Part shown: positions 30,753 through 40,827 of the stretch, in pieces
How positions within the stretch are numbered: the first letter of the stretch is position 1
Layout of the letters: every line of letters starts with the position of its first letter
Source: Bacteroidales bacterium
GTDB lineage: Bacteria; Bacteroidota; Bacteroidia; Bacteroidales; UBA3824
Assembly (NCBI GenBank): GCA_017412115.1
Contig: JAFPYR010000128.1
Span: forward strand, 12,679-76,678
Direction of reading: 5' to 3'
Length of the DNA: 64,000 bases
Made by a program: the position numbers and the translations under genes
The notes under the pieces: generated by a model
The model's database searches: none
What the model was told of the DNA's origin: nothing
Seen by the model: the letters and a program-made list of their open reading frames with translations, nothing else

Positions 30753-33548
30753 TTATATCACAAAGCCGTATTTTCCCATTATGAGTTTGAATTTCGTAAT
30801 GTTTATCGGTTTTGAAATAAAATTTGTACAACCGGCTTTCAAAGCGTTTTCTCTGTCGCTTTGATACGCATTAGCAGTTACGGCGATTATCGGAATTGTT
30901 ATGCCTTTTCCTCTTAACGTTTTGGTTGCCCAAAGTCCGTTGTATTCGGGCATGGAAATATCCATTAAAATTATTGCGTAATCTTGTTTTAAAGCTTTTT
31001 CTACTGCATCTTTTCCGTTGTAAGCGCGGTCTATGGTATAATAATCTTTGAGATAAGTCTTTAATAATGAGAAATTTCCGTCTTCGTCCTCAGCTATCAA
31101 AATTTTTTTGTTGATAGGTGTTGTTATAATATCTTCACTTTGCGGGGATTCGTAATCGGTCGGAGCTTTTTCAAAGATTTTGACCTCGCACGGAAACCAT
31201 GCCCAAAATTTTGAACCGTGTCCTTCCTCGGATTTAAAACCGACGTAACCGCCTGCACTTTCAATAATTGCTTTGCTTATTGCAAGCCCTAAACCCGAAC
31301 CTTGAAGATGCGGATCTATTTTTTCAAAACGGCAGAAAACTTTGTCTCTATGTTCAACAGAAATACCCGAACCCGTATCCTCAACGCTGAAATAAATTCC
31401 GTCCTCTTGGTATTTGTAATCCATTTTAACATAACCGTTTTCAGTATTTTTCAATGCGTTTGAGACATAATTTCCCATTACTTGTTTTAATCTGTCAATA
31501 TCGCCGTTGATAATACAATGCGGATAAGGATTGCTGCATAAAAATTCCGTATTAGGATTTTTTCTGTCCTGATACGTTTCGTAAATATGACGGAACAATT
31601 TGGCAAAGTCAAAACTGCTGTATGTTAAATCCACATAACCCGCAGCCATTTTGGAGGTGTCCAAAATATTATCCAAAAGTTCCAAAAGCATATTGTTGTT
31701 TTGCCTTATAATATCGTAATACGATTTCATTTTTTCCGATTTGTTTTCTTTTGCCATAAGTTCGGAAAAACCGCAAATCGCATTCAAAGGCGTGCGTATT
31801 TCGTGATTTATGTTGTTTAAGAATGCTGATTTCAATTTGTCGGAGCGTTCAGCATTGTTTTTAGCCTCTTTGAGTTGTTCTATCGTGGAGCGCAATTCTG
31901 AATCGTTGATGGCACTACTGATAATGTATTTTCTGCCTTGCATATCCGTAAAAAGCGTTTTGGTGATGTGCAGGGAATATTTTACGTCGTTGAGAGTAAA
32001 TTCCGTGTCAAAGGACACCGATTCACCGTCTTTGAGGACTTTGTTGTCCATTATGTAACAGTCTTCCGATATTTTGGTGTGTCCGAAAATTTCAAAATCG
32101 TTATGACGTTTTAGAGTGTTTTGATTCATCTCGGTAATTTCACAGAAATTGTTGCTTGCCATAATGTAGCGGAAATCGTTTTCGGGATCTTTTACGGTCA
32201 GCATACACGGAACAGAATTCATAATGGTTTTTAAGAAACGGTCGGTATCTTGAGCCGAATTTATAAGTTTGTCCCATTTCGGATTGGAACTTACCACACC
32301 TTTATATACAAGAACTTTTCCGCCTGAAATTTCTTTCGGCGTGATAAAAAACTGACGGTCTGTCCATTCTCCGTTTACACAAAGATTGTAACTCTCTGAT
32401 GTAGTGATTATTGCACCGTTTTTTATGCTTGAGATAATCTCTTTATTAACATCCAAATCCTCCGGTTTTATTTTCTTTAAATATTCCTCAAACGGTATTT
32501 TTTCTTTTCTGCCCGAGATTATGAGTTCATCTTTTTTTACGTCGTAGATGAAACTCGTTATAAAACTTTTATCGGGATTGCTTTCTGTTTTTTGGGATTT
32601 AATATTATTGAGAATGGTTCTGTACGTGATTTTGTTGCAAAGGCCTTCTACCGATACGACTTTCCCGTTTTCAAAAACGCTTCTTACCTCGGTGTTCCAA
32701 TACGAATAGCCGCCTTCAACGTTTTCGTCAACGGCTCTTAAAACGAATATCGTATTTTCGGTTTTTCCTTCCATGTGTTTTTGAATGGCATCTTTTAGCA
32801 TTACGATGTCTTGAGGCACAAAAAACGAATAAAAATCCTCCAATGAGCAGTAAGCACTCAATCCCGCTTCGTTTAAATATTCCATACAGGAATTTTCGAT
32901 GTGATAACGCCATATTTTCAGAAGGTCGAGCGCATTGATTTTGCAGAAAAGCTCTTGTGTATTTTTTTGATATTGCAACAGATGCTCTTGCGGTGTCATG
33001 TCAATTACCGTGATAAAAATATACGGTTCGGTATCGGGCGAAATTTTTTGTTTGCTAAAAAAAACATTGAAATATTTCGTGTCGGAATTAATAGATTGAT
33101 ACCATTGTCTGACATCTTCGTTTTTGAAATCTATTTTAAGGTTTACGCTTCCAGAGTCGGACTCACGGATTTTGTTTATAAGACTTGTGCTGTTTGCAGG
33201 AGAGTTCCAAAGCAGGTGAGAGTCGTCTTTAATATAATTTTCGTCTGTGATTCCGAACAAATTTATGAGTTTTTGGTTCGTGAAAATTCTTCTGCCTTCA
33301 CTATCGAAAACCGAGACTGCAAATTCAACGCTGTTGATGTATCTTGATAAAAAATCCATAAGATTCTCGATACAATAATTTTTCGGGGCAGGACATTCAA
33401 GTTTTTGCGATTGACTCTGATGAGTAATCTTTTCTTGATTGTTGCCATCTTTAATTCTTGTCTGGCGTTTGTCTTTCAAAATTGTTGCAGCAAGTATTGC
33501 TAATGCTGCATTTGTTATAACGAGTGTGAGTAATAATGCCGTATTCAT
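30753..33548 (-). CDS. Hybrid sensor histidine kinase with PAS-like domains and a receiver domain
   Basis: N-terminal TM; FLNNINHEIRTPLNAICGF, DTGSGI, GSGLGLAI; REC ILIAEDE..ILMDISMP..VTANA..FISKP. Confidence 0.92.
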   Translation of the reverse strand: MNTALLLTLVITNAALAILAATILKDKRQTRIKDGNNQEKITHQSQSQKLECPAPKNYCIENLMDFLSRYINSVEFAVSVFDSEGRRIFTNQKLINLFGITDENYIKDDSHLLWNSPANSTSLINKIRESDSGSVNLKIDFKNEDVRQWYQSINSDTKYFNVFFSKQKISPDTEPYIFITVIDMTPQEHLLQYQKNTQELFCKINALDLLKIWRYHIENSCMEYLNEAGLSAYCSLEDFYSFFVPQDIVMLKDAIQKHMEGKTENTIFVLRAVDENVEGGYSYWNTEVRSVFENGKVVSVEGLCNKITYRTILNNIKSQKTESNPDKSFITSFIYDVKKDELIISGRKEKIPFEEYLKKIKPEDLDVNKEIISSIKNGAIITTSESYNLCVNGEWTDRQFFITPKEISGGKVLVYKGVVSSNPKWDKLINSAQDTDRFLKTIMNSVPCMLTVKDPENDFRYIMASNNFCEITEMNQNTLKRHNDFEIFGHTKISEDCYIMDNKVLKDGESVSFDTEFTLNDVKYSLHITKTLFTDMQGRKYIISSAINDSELRSTIEQLKEAKNNAERSDKLKSAFLNNINHEIRTPLNAICGFSELMAKENKSEKMKSYYDIIRQNNNMLLELLDNILDTSKMAAGYVDLTYSSFDFAKLFRHIYETYQDRKNPNTEFLCSNPYPHCIINGDIDRLKQVMGNYVSNALKNTENGYVKMDYKYQEDGIYFSVEDTGSGISVEHRDKVFCRFEKIDPHLQGSGLGLAISKAIIESAGGYVGFKSEEGHGSKFWAWFPCEVKIFEKAPTDYESPQSEDIITTPINKKILIAEDEDGNFSLLKTYLKDYYTIDRAYNGKDAVEKALKQDYAIILMDISMPEYNGLWATKTLRGKGITIPIIAVTANAYQSDRENALKAGCTNFISKPINITKFKLIMGKYGFVI

Positions 33549-33733
33549 AATTGGTTATCGTTTTCCTTAGGTTTTCTTTGAATTATTTTTTTGTGCAAGG
33601 TAGCAATAATATTTTATTTAAAAAAATTAATTTCTCTTTTTTATTAAAATAAAATTGTGGTACGCTGTTTGCTTTTTAGGGTATAGGAAAACAGTAAATT
33701 TTAATAACTCTATGGTCTTGATTAACTAAAAAA

Positions 33734-34207
33734 ATGAAAATTAAATTTGTCGTTATCGGTAAAACCGTGGAGAAATATTTGATTGATGCGTGTAACGAAT
33801 ACGAAAAAAGGATAAAAAAATACGTCCGTTTTGAGTATATCGTGCTAAAAGACTTGAAAAATATTTCTGCTCTTACTTTTGACCAAGTCAAAGAGCAGGA
33901 GGCAAAACTATTGGAGCCGTATATGAATGAAAATTCGTTCAAAATTATTTTGGACGAACACGGTCAGGAGTATACATCAAAAGATTTTTCAGATTTTTTG
34001 GAAAAAAAGATTGCCAATTTGTCAAAAGATATTACCTTTGTGGTCGGTGGACCTTATGGTTTTGCCCCGAAAGTTGTCTTGAAAGCAGACGGCAAAATAT
34101 CGCTCTCTAAAATGACTTTCTCTCATCAGATGGTAAGATTAATCTTTTTGGAGCAGTTGTACCGTGCGTTTACGATTATGCACAATGAGCCGTATCATCA
34201 CGAGTAA
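33734..34207 (+). CDS. rlmH: 23S rRNA pseudouridine1915-N3-methyltransferase
   Basis: LDEHG, FVVGGPYGF, SLSKMTFSHQMVRLIFLEQLYRA, PYHH. Confidence 0.96.
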   Translation: MKIKFVVIGKTVEKYLIDACNEYEKRIKKYVRFEYIVLKDLKNISALTFDQVKEQEAKLLEPYMNENSFKIILDEHGQEYTSKDFSDFLEKKIANLSKDITFVVGGPYGFAPKVVLKADGKISLSKMTFSHQMVRLIFLEQLYRAFTIMHNEPYHHE

Positions 34208-34332
34208 AAAAAGAAGTGAAAAATTGAATTTGGGAATTATTTTATTAAAAAGGAAAAAACTACTCAAGGAAAAAAACTAATTTAAGGGACAACTAACGGA
34301 TTTTAAGAACCTTTTTTAACAAGGGAAAACAA

Positions 34333-37300
34333 GTGAAAGAAAAGTTAATAAAATTTCAGTTTCTTATATATGCGGTTATCCTTTTTATAACTGCCTCTGT
34401 ATTAGAATCATATCTGAGCGGTCTAAACTCGGGAGGCATCAATGTCGATAGAGTGGAGTCCGTGTTGCACCGTAAGGAGGCGGGATTGGATAGCGCAATC
34501 AATTTCATCAAAAACGAAATTGAGAGCGGGGAAAATCTCGTCAAGGAAAATTCCGTATGGGTTAGTTCGCGGGATTTAACCTACTTAAGGCGGCAGGGTC
34601 TTACCGTGCTTGTTTACGAAAACGACACGTTAAGATTTTGGACAGACAATACCGCACCTGCTGACCGATTGTATTCGCAATCGGCTCTCAACAACCGTAT
34701 CGCTAATCTTAACAATGCGTGGTACGAAATCCGTATGCTTAATAGCGGAAATCTTCGTTATGTTGGTCTTATTTTTATTAAAAACAAATATAATATCAAC
34801 AACAAATATCTCAAAAACGATTTTATGCCGGAATTGAATCTGCCATCTTCTGTACAGGTTTCAATGATTCCGCTAAGTTATAGTTTTGATATTAAGGACA
34901 AAGAAGACAAGTATATTTTCTCGTTGGTTCCAACCAATAGTTATGATATTGATTCTAACAGAGTTAATATTGCGGGAATATTGTTTTTTATGGCGTTGCT
35001 CTCTCTTTTGATTTATGTTTATTCTATAATTGATAATTTTACCAAGAAAGAGGGTAATTCGCTGAAAATCATTGCTATAATTTCAGGCGTTGTGATAGTG
35101 GCGTTTATAATGCTGATTTTCAGATTTCCGTTCAATGTTTATTCTTTGGACTTTTTTGACCCCGTTTATTTTTCCGGACCGGGTATTTTCAGAACAATCG
35201 GTGATTTTATTCTGAACGTTAGTTTTATGTTTGCCGTTGCGGTTTATGTTTTTAAACTCGCTGAATACAAGAGAATTAACGAGAAAATAAAAGAAATGCC
35301 CGATTCCAAATTTTTAACGGTTTGGTTTTCGGTTTTGGGTGCTGTTTTCTTGATTTTCGGCTACTTGTATCACGCTGCAAAACTTCTTGTTAAAGAGAGC
35401 AAAATTTCTTTTCAGCTGACAAATGTTATTTCGCTTGACATTTTCAGTTATTCGGGTATTTTGATAATGATAATCCTTGTTGGCATTATGATTTATGTTT
35501 TGATGCAGCTGACGGGTTATTTCAGATATTCGATTATAAAGGATTTCAAGAAAACGCTGATTTGTTTTGCTTTAGTTACTGCTCTGCTTTTTATTATAAC
35601 GGTTTTAATAACGGATTATAAAATTGCTTTTGCCTTTTTGTTTTTGATGCTTTTGACGGGCTCTGCTATGCTTACGCATTATCACAAAGCCGAAAAAAGT
35701 GTTTATCGTTATATTTTTATGGTGTTTTTGAGTGCGGTTTTCTCTTGTTTTTTAATAACGGTGACAACCGAAGAAAAACTCACTGAGGATACTAAAAAAT
35801 TTGTTACATATCCTTCCGACGAACACGATCAAATTGCGGAATTGCTGTTGAACGATATTTCCGAAAAACTTCCGAATGACGGCATGATTTCGGACTTTTT
35901 GCGCAAAACAGACCGTCAAGTCGGCGAAATAAAACTTCGTGATTATATTCAGCGTCAGTATTTTAACGGATATTGGAGCAAATATAATTTGAGTATCGGC
36001 ATTTTGGAATTTGCGCAAGGGGAGTTGTTTTCAAACTCTGACAGCGAATTTGCAAAAACCGTTAATGAATCGGCTTCGGAGGTCAACGGAACGGGATTTT
36101 ATTTCGTTGATAAACCCGACGGCACGATAAGTTATCTTGCGCCTTTGAGGTTTTCGGTTCAGGACAAAATCTGTTATGTCTGCATTTCGCTCGATTTGAA
36201 ACCCGTACCGCAAGAACTCGGTTATCCCGAATTGTTAATGGACAAAAATGTTAAGCCTTCTGTTATAAGCGGTTACGATTACGCAAAATATTGTAAAGGC
36301 AGAAAAGTTTCTCAAAACGGAGAGTTTTCTTACGACTTTTCCGATGAGGTTTTTATCGAGGCTTTTGACAAAACTTCCGATACGATAGCCGTTACAAAAC
36401 TTGCGGATTATGTTCATACGGTTTATCGTAACGGTGAAAATACGGTTGTGATTTCACGAAAATCTGTTTCGCTTTTGGAAATCGTAACGTGTTTTGCATA
36501 TTTGTTTATAATTTACATTTTTGTAATGCTTTTGGTCGTTGTTATACGACTGATTGTAATGCACAACACCGATTATCGTTATCAGATAAAAACGAGATTG
36601 ATTTTTTCAGTAACCTTTATTTTAATGCTTTCGTTTGTGTTGATTTGTCTTGGTTCTATATATCTTAATATCAGAACTTTCAGAGAAAATAATGCTCAAA
36701 GCATCGACGAAAAAGTTAAAAGCGTTTACATGGAATTGGAGCATACGTGTTCCGATACGTCAAAATTTCATTCGGTTTGGAATCCTAACGAAAATTCTGC
36801 AATGGACGAATATTTGATAGCTTTATCACATATTTTCTTCATTGACATCAACCTTTATGGTGCTGACGGAGAGTTAGTTGCAACTTCACGTCCGGAAATT
36901 TTCAAACAAGGTTTGATTTCAACGAGGCTCAATACAAAAGTTTTGCAGGAGTTTGTTATCGAGAGCAAATCGAATTATACTCAAGAGGAAAAAATCGGAA
37001 AAATGACATACGCCTCGGCGTACATTCCATTTTATAATTCTTCTGACGAATTAGCGGCTTATATCAACTTGCCGTATTTTACCAAGCCCGAGGTTTTGCA
37101 AAAAGAACTTGGAACTTTGATTGTTTCAATCGTGAATTTTTACGTTATCCTGATGATGATTTCAATCGTGATTGCCGTGATAATTTCCGAGAGGATTGTT
37201 CACCCGATTAAATTGATTCAGAATAAGTTGGAAAAAATAGAACTCGGTAAGCAACACGAAAAGATAGAGTACGGACGCAAAGACGAACTCGGACAACTTG

Positions 37301-38028
37301 TTGCCGAATACAATAGCATGGCTGAAAAATTGGAAGAAAGTGCCAAACTTTTAGCACAAGGCGAGCGTGAAAGCGCATGGCGTGAAATGGCAAAACAAAT
37401 TGCTCACGAAATCAAAAACCCGTTAACGCCGATGAAACTTTCCATTCAATTCCTCATGCGTAGTAAAGAAAACAACGATGCGGATTTTGATAAAAAATTG
37501 GAAAAAGTTTCCAATACGTTGATTCAGCAGATTGACACGTTGTCATCTATCGCAACGGGTTTCAGCAATTTCGCCAAAATGCCCAAACCAAACGAACATC
37601 CGTTCAACGTAATCGAAACACTTTCCAATGTGATTCAACTTTTTAACAACGTTGATAACATCGACATAACCTCAGACCTCGGCGGATACGAAGATATTAC
37701 AATCGTTGCTGACAAAGAACAAATTTCAAGGGTTTTTATCAACCTTATCAAAAACGCAACTCAAGCAATACCCGAAGGCGTCAGAGGTAAAATTCATGTT
37801 AGCCTCGAAAAACAGGACAAGCTGATAATTAAAATCTCCGACAATGGTTGCGGTATACCCGACGAAATACGCGGAAAACTTTTTACGCCAAGTTTCACAA
37901 CCAAATCCAGCGGCTCAGGTCTCGGCCTTGCAATGGTTAAAAACATAATAATCAACGCTAAAGGTAATATCACTTTCGAGTCCGAAGTCGGAAAAGGTAC
38001 TACTTTTATTGTTACGTTACCGTTGTAA
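34333..38028 (+). CDS. Large multi-TM HAMP sensor histidine kinase (NtrY-like)
   Basis: Many TM segments; DELGQLVAEYN; AWREMAKQIAHEIKNPLTPMKL; NLIKNA, DNGCGI, GSGLGLAMV. Confidence 0.9.
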   Translation: MKEKLIKFQFLIYAVILFITASVLESYLSGLNSGGINVDRVESVLHRKEAGLDSAINFIKNEIESGENLVKENSVWVSSRDLTYLRRQGLTVLVYENDTLRFWTDNTAPADRLYSQSALNNRIANLNNAWYEIRMLNSGNLRYVGLIFIKNKYNINNKYLKNDFMPELNLPSSVQVSMIPLSYSFDIKDKEDKYIFSLVPTNSYDIDSNRVNIAGILFFMALLSLLIYVYSIIDNFTKKEGNSLKIIAIISGVVIVAFIMLIFRFPFNVYSLDFFDPVYFSGPGIFRTIGDFILNVSFMFAVAVYVFKLAEYKRINEKIKEMPDSKFLTVWFSVLGAVFLIFGYLYHAAKLLVKESKISFQLTNVISLDIFSYSGILIMIILVGIMIYVLMQLTGYFRYSIIKDFKKTLICFALVTALLFIITVLITDYKIAFAFLFLMLLTGSAMLTHYHKAEKSVYRYIFMVFLSAVFSCFLITVTTEEKLTEDTKKFVTYPSDEHDQIAELLLNDISEKLPNDGMISDFLRKTDRQVGEIKLRDYIQRQYFNGYWSKYNLSIGILEFAQGELFSNSDSEFAKTVNESASEVNGTGFYFVDKPDGTISYLAPLRFSVQDKICYVCISLDLKPVPQELGYPELLMDKNVKPSVISGYDYAKYCKGRKVSQNGEFSYDFSDEVFIEAFDKTSDTIAVTKLADYVHTVYRNGENTVVISRKSVSLLEIVTCFAYLFIIYIFVMLLVVVIRLIVMHNTDYRYQIKTRLIFSVTFILMLSFVLICLGSIYLNIRTFRENNAQSIDEKVKSVYMELEHTCSDTSKFHSVWNPNENSAMDEYLIALSHIFFIDINLYGADGELVATSRPEIFKQGLISTRLNTKVLQEFVIESKSNYTQEEKIGKMTYASAYIPFYNSSDELAAYINLPYFTKPEVLQKELGTLIVSIVNFYVILMMISIVIAVIISERIVHPIKLIQNKLEKIELGKQHEKIEYGRKDELGQLVAEYNSMAEKLEESAKLLAQGERESAWREMAKQIAHEIKNPLTPMKLSIQFLMRSKENNDADFDKKLEKVSNTLIQQIDTLSSIATGFSNFAKMPKPNEHPFNVIETLSNVIQLFNNVDNIDITSDLGGYEDITIVADKEQISRVFINLIKNATQAIPEGVRGKIHVSLEKQDKLIIKISDNGCGIPDEIRGKLFTPSFTTKSSGSGLGLAMVKNIIINAKGNITFESEVGKGTTFIVTLPL

Positions 38029-38216
38029 TGCGCCTCAAGCCGGCGGGGCTGTTCCCTTTTGAAAAAGGGAACCGGAAAACTTTTATAAAATTTATTTTAA
38101 ATGCGTTAGGGGCTGTGGTTTTTAAGACCACAGCCCCTAACGCATTTAAAATAAGTAATTAAAAGTTCTTTGGTTCTTTCTTTCAAGAAAGAACAGCCCC
38201 AGCGGCGAGCGGCATT
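38027..38216. repeat. ~190-bp nested palindrome (REP/REPIN- or MITE-like), probably also a bidirectional terminator
   Basis: Perfect 28-bp arms at 38092-38119 / 38127-38154; outer ggggctgttc / gaacagcccc; a sub-hairpin in each arm. Confidence 0.85.
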
Positions 38217-38644
38217 TACTTTACCGTAACGACAATCGGAGTATTTATTTGTCCCAATCTGTTTTTGACTTGGTAGCTGAAATAGCCGGGGATTTGGTAT
38301 TTTCCGGGTTTAACGCCTTGGGATACGGTGATATTGTATTTTAGGGTAACGGTACTTCTTTCGATAGGGAGTTTATACCATTGGTAGAAGACTTTGTTGT
38401 TTTCGAAATAGAAGTTAGCGTTATCGGATTCGCCGCTTATTTCGGTTGCTGCAAAACCCTCAGGTAAGAGTTGTTGGAATTGAGCGTAGCAAGCTAAATC
38501 GCATTTGTTAATTTTTACGGACATAACGAAGGAGTTACCTTGTTTTACGATTGTGTCCGAGGTGCAATTAGCTGAAGGTATTTGGGCTTTTAAGTTGATA
38601 GCCGCTAAGAGTATTATTGCTAAAAGTAAAAAAAGTTTTTTCAT
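38216..38644 (-). CDS. Secreted hypothetical protein, probable single Ig-like beta-sandwich
   Basis: Signal peptide ending LKA-Q; beta-rich LPEGF..VTLKYNITV..PGKYQIPG.FSY. Confidence 0.7.
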   Translation of the reverse strand: MKKLFLLLAIILLAAINLKAQIPSANCTSDTIVKQGNSFVMSVKINKCDLACYAQFQQLLPEGFAATEISGESDNANFYFENNKVFYQWYKLPIERSTVTLKYNITVSQGVKPGKYQIPGYFSYQVKNRLGQINTPIVVTVK

Positions 38645-38647
38645 TTT

Positions 38648-39268
38648 TTATGCGTTTTTTATTAGTTGTATTGTTTCTTGTGGGGAGTCAGACAAGCTGA
38701 AGAGGTCGATGTCGGACTGTTTGATTGTTTTGTAATCGTTTTTTAGTGTATTTTTAAGCCAATCTGTCATTGGTTGCCAAAAATTTTTGTCTTGAAGTAT
38801 GAGCGGACGTTTTTCGATGTTTCCCATCTGCATAAGAGTCAGACATTCAGTGATTTCGTCTAACGTTCCTAATCCGCCTGGCAGAGCAATGAAAGCTTTG
38901 GCATATTTCCAAAACAGATATTTTCTTGCAGCCATATCGGTTAACAGGAGATGGTTTTCTTTGTCGATAAAATCGTTTTGAATACATATATCAGGAAATT
39001 CCATGCAAATTCCGATAGATTTTCCTTTGGCATTTTGAACACCTTTGTTAACGGCTTCCATTATGCCCGGACCGCCGCCTGTGATAACTTCAAAATCTGC
39101 ACGAGCGAGTTTTTCGCCCGTTAGGACTGCATCTTCGTAATATTTTGTACCCGCTTTGATTGATGACGAGCCGAAAACGCAAATGCAGTTTTTATGTTTG
39201 TCCAAAACACTTTTGGCATTTATGATTTCGTCCAAAGATTTTTGCAGTTTTTCTTTTTCTGTTAACAT
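38648..39268 (-). CDS. LOG-family nucleotide phosphoribohydrolase (Rossmann fold)
   Basis: VFGSS, ITGGGPGIMEAVNKG, ARK, PGGLGTLDE. Confidence 0.92.
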   Translation of the reverse strand: MLTEKEKLQKSLDEIINAKSVLDKHKNCICVFGSSSIKAGTKYYEDAVLTGEKLARADFEVITGGGPGIMEAVNKGVQNAKGKSIGICMEFPDICIQNDFIDKENHLLLTDMAARKYLFWKYAKAFIALPGGLGTLDEITECLTLMQMGNIEKRPLILQDKNFWQPMTDWLKNTLKNDYKTIKQSDIDLFSLSDSPQETIQLIKNA

Positions 39269-39348
39269 TTTTTCTTGATTAAAGTTTTATGCAAAAATAG
39301 AAATATTTTGTTTATTTTTGAAAAAATATTTGCACAAAAAAACTTATT

Positions 39349-40434
39349 ATGAAAATATTGAAAGAATTTAAACATTTTGTTTTCAGAGAATATCGAAGGC
39401 GTGAAATAAAAAAGCACGAACTTGATTATTTGTTTTGGGAGTGTACTTTGAGGTGCAATTTGAATTGTCTGCATTGTGGCAGCGATTGTTTGAAAAATTC
39501 TCAAATTTCTGATATGCCAAAAGAAGATTTTTTTTCGGTTTTGGATGATATTTCTTCTTCGGGTTTAAGTCGAAATCTTACAATTTGTATTACGGGAGGA
39601 GAGCCGCTTTTGAGGGAGGATTTGGAATTTGTGGGAAGAAAAATCCGCGAGAAAGGTTTTAAATGGGGAATTGTTACAAATGGCTTAATGCTTGATAGAA
39701 AGCGTTTTATTTCGCTTTTGAATGCTAAAATCTCGTCTCTTAGCATAAGTCTTGACGGTTTTGAATCGCAACACAACAAATTGCGCTGCAATTCTAATTC
39801 TTTTTCAAAGGCTTTTGAGGCTGTGAAAACGGCTGTGGAGTTTTCCAAAAAAGGTTTTCTTATTTTTGACGTTATAACTTGTGTTAGCAGTTTGAACTTT
39901 TCTTCGCTTGAAAAATTTCGTGATTTTTTGATTGATAGCGGAGTAAAAAGATGGCGGATTTTTTCGATTTTTTCAAACGGTAGGGCGGACAAAAACTCCG
40001 AAATTCTTTCACTTTCAAAAACGCAATACAGAGAATTGTTGGATTTTATAAGTTTTACACGAAAAAATTTTGGAGATAAAATCAGTTTAAATTATTCTTG
40101 TGAAGGCTTTTTAGGGGATTATGAATTGGAAGTCAGAGATTATTTTTATTTCTGTCGGGCGGGAATTTCTGTCGCCTCAGTTATGTGTGATGGAAGCCTA
40201 ACGGGTTGTCTTAGTGTTAGGGCGAAGGATTTTATTCAAGGCAACGTTTACGAAAAAAGTTTTTCAGAAATTTGGAAAAACGGTTTTTCTATTATGCGGG
40301 ATAGGAGCTGGGCTAAAAAAAATAAATGTCAAAAATGTAGTTTTTGGCAAAAATGTTTAGGCGGCGGACTTCATCTTTATAAAAGTGTTGATTCAGAGAT
40401 TTCTCATTGCAATTTGAAGGATTTTTTAACTTGA
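39349..40434 (+). CDS. Radical SAM/SPASM enzyme of the Bacteroidota rSAM/lipoprotein system (TIGR04133-like)
   Basis: FWECTLRCNLNCLHCGSDC (CxxxCxxC), ITGGEPLLR, ISLDG; SPASM C-x..DGSLTGC..QGNV..CQKCSFWQKCLGGG; lipoprotein partner nearby. Confidence 0.85.
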   Translation: MKILKEFKHFVFREYRRREIKKHELDYLFWECTLRCNLNCLHCGSDCLKNSQISDMPKEDFFSVLDDISSSGLSRNLTICITGGEPLLREDLEFVGRKIREKGFKWGIVTNGLMLDRKRFISLLNAKISSLSISLDGFESQHNKLRCNSNSFSKAFEAVKTAVEFSKKGFLIFDVITCVSSLNFSSLEKFRDFLIDSGVKRWRIFSIFSNGRADKNSEILSLSKTQYRELLDFISFTRKNFGDKISLNYSCEGFLGDYELEVRDYFYFCRAGISVASVMCDGSLTGCLSVRAKDFIQGNVYEKSFSEIWKNGFSIMRDRSWAKKNKCQKCSFWQKCLGGGLHLYKSVDSEISHCNLKDFLT

Positions 40435-40569
40435 AAAAAAGGAAATGCGCTGTCGTTTGAAAAAAAAATATTCCTTTTTGTGCACATTTTAATTAAAAAG
40501 TTTGTATGTTTGCATCTGTAAAATGATTATGCCGGTTGGCTAAAACAAATTTTTAAATACTATAAATCA

Positions 40570-40791
40570 ATGAAATCAAAATTAGTGGCATATTTGCTAT
40601 GGTTTTTTTTAGGAGTATTTGGTGTTCATAAATTCTACTTACACAAATGGTTGTGGGGCGTATTATATTTTTTTACTGGTGGTTTTGCTTGTATAGGTTG
40701 GTTGATAGACCTATTCACGCTTGGAACGCAAGTTGATGCCTACAATTTAGCAACCTTCAATAAAAAACTTATTGAAAATAATATTAAGTAG
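40570..40791 (+). CDS. TM2/NINE domain small membrane protein
   Basis: KSKLVAYLLWFFLGVFGVHKFYL..FTGG..IGWLIDLF; own -7 element TATGTTTG at 40505-40512. Confidence 0.88.
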   Translation: MKSKLVAYLLWFFLGVFGVHKFYLHKWLWGVLYFFTGGFACIGWLIDLFTLGTQVDAYNLATFNKKLIENNIK

Positions 40792-40827
40792 TTTTTTTTA
40801 AGTCCTAAAAATTTAGGAGGAAAAATT

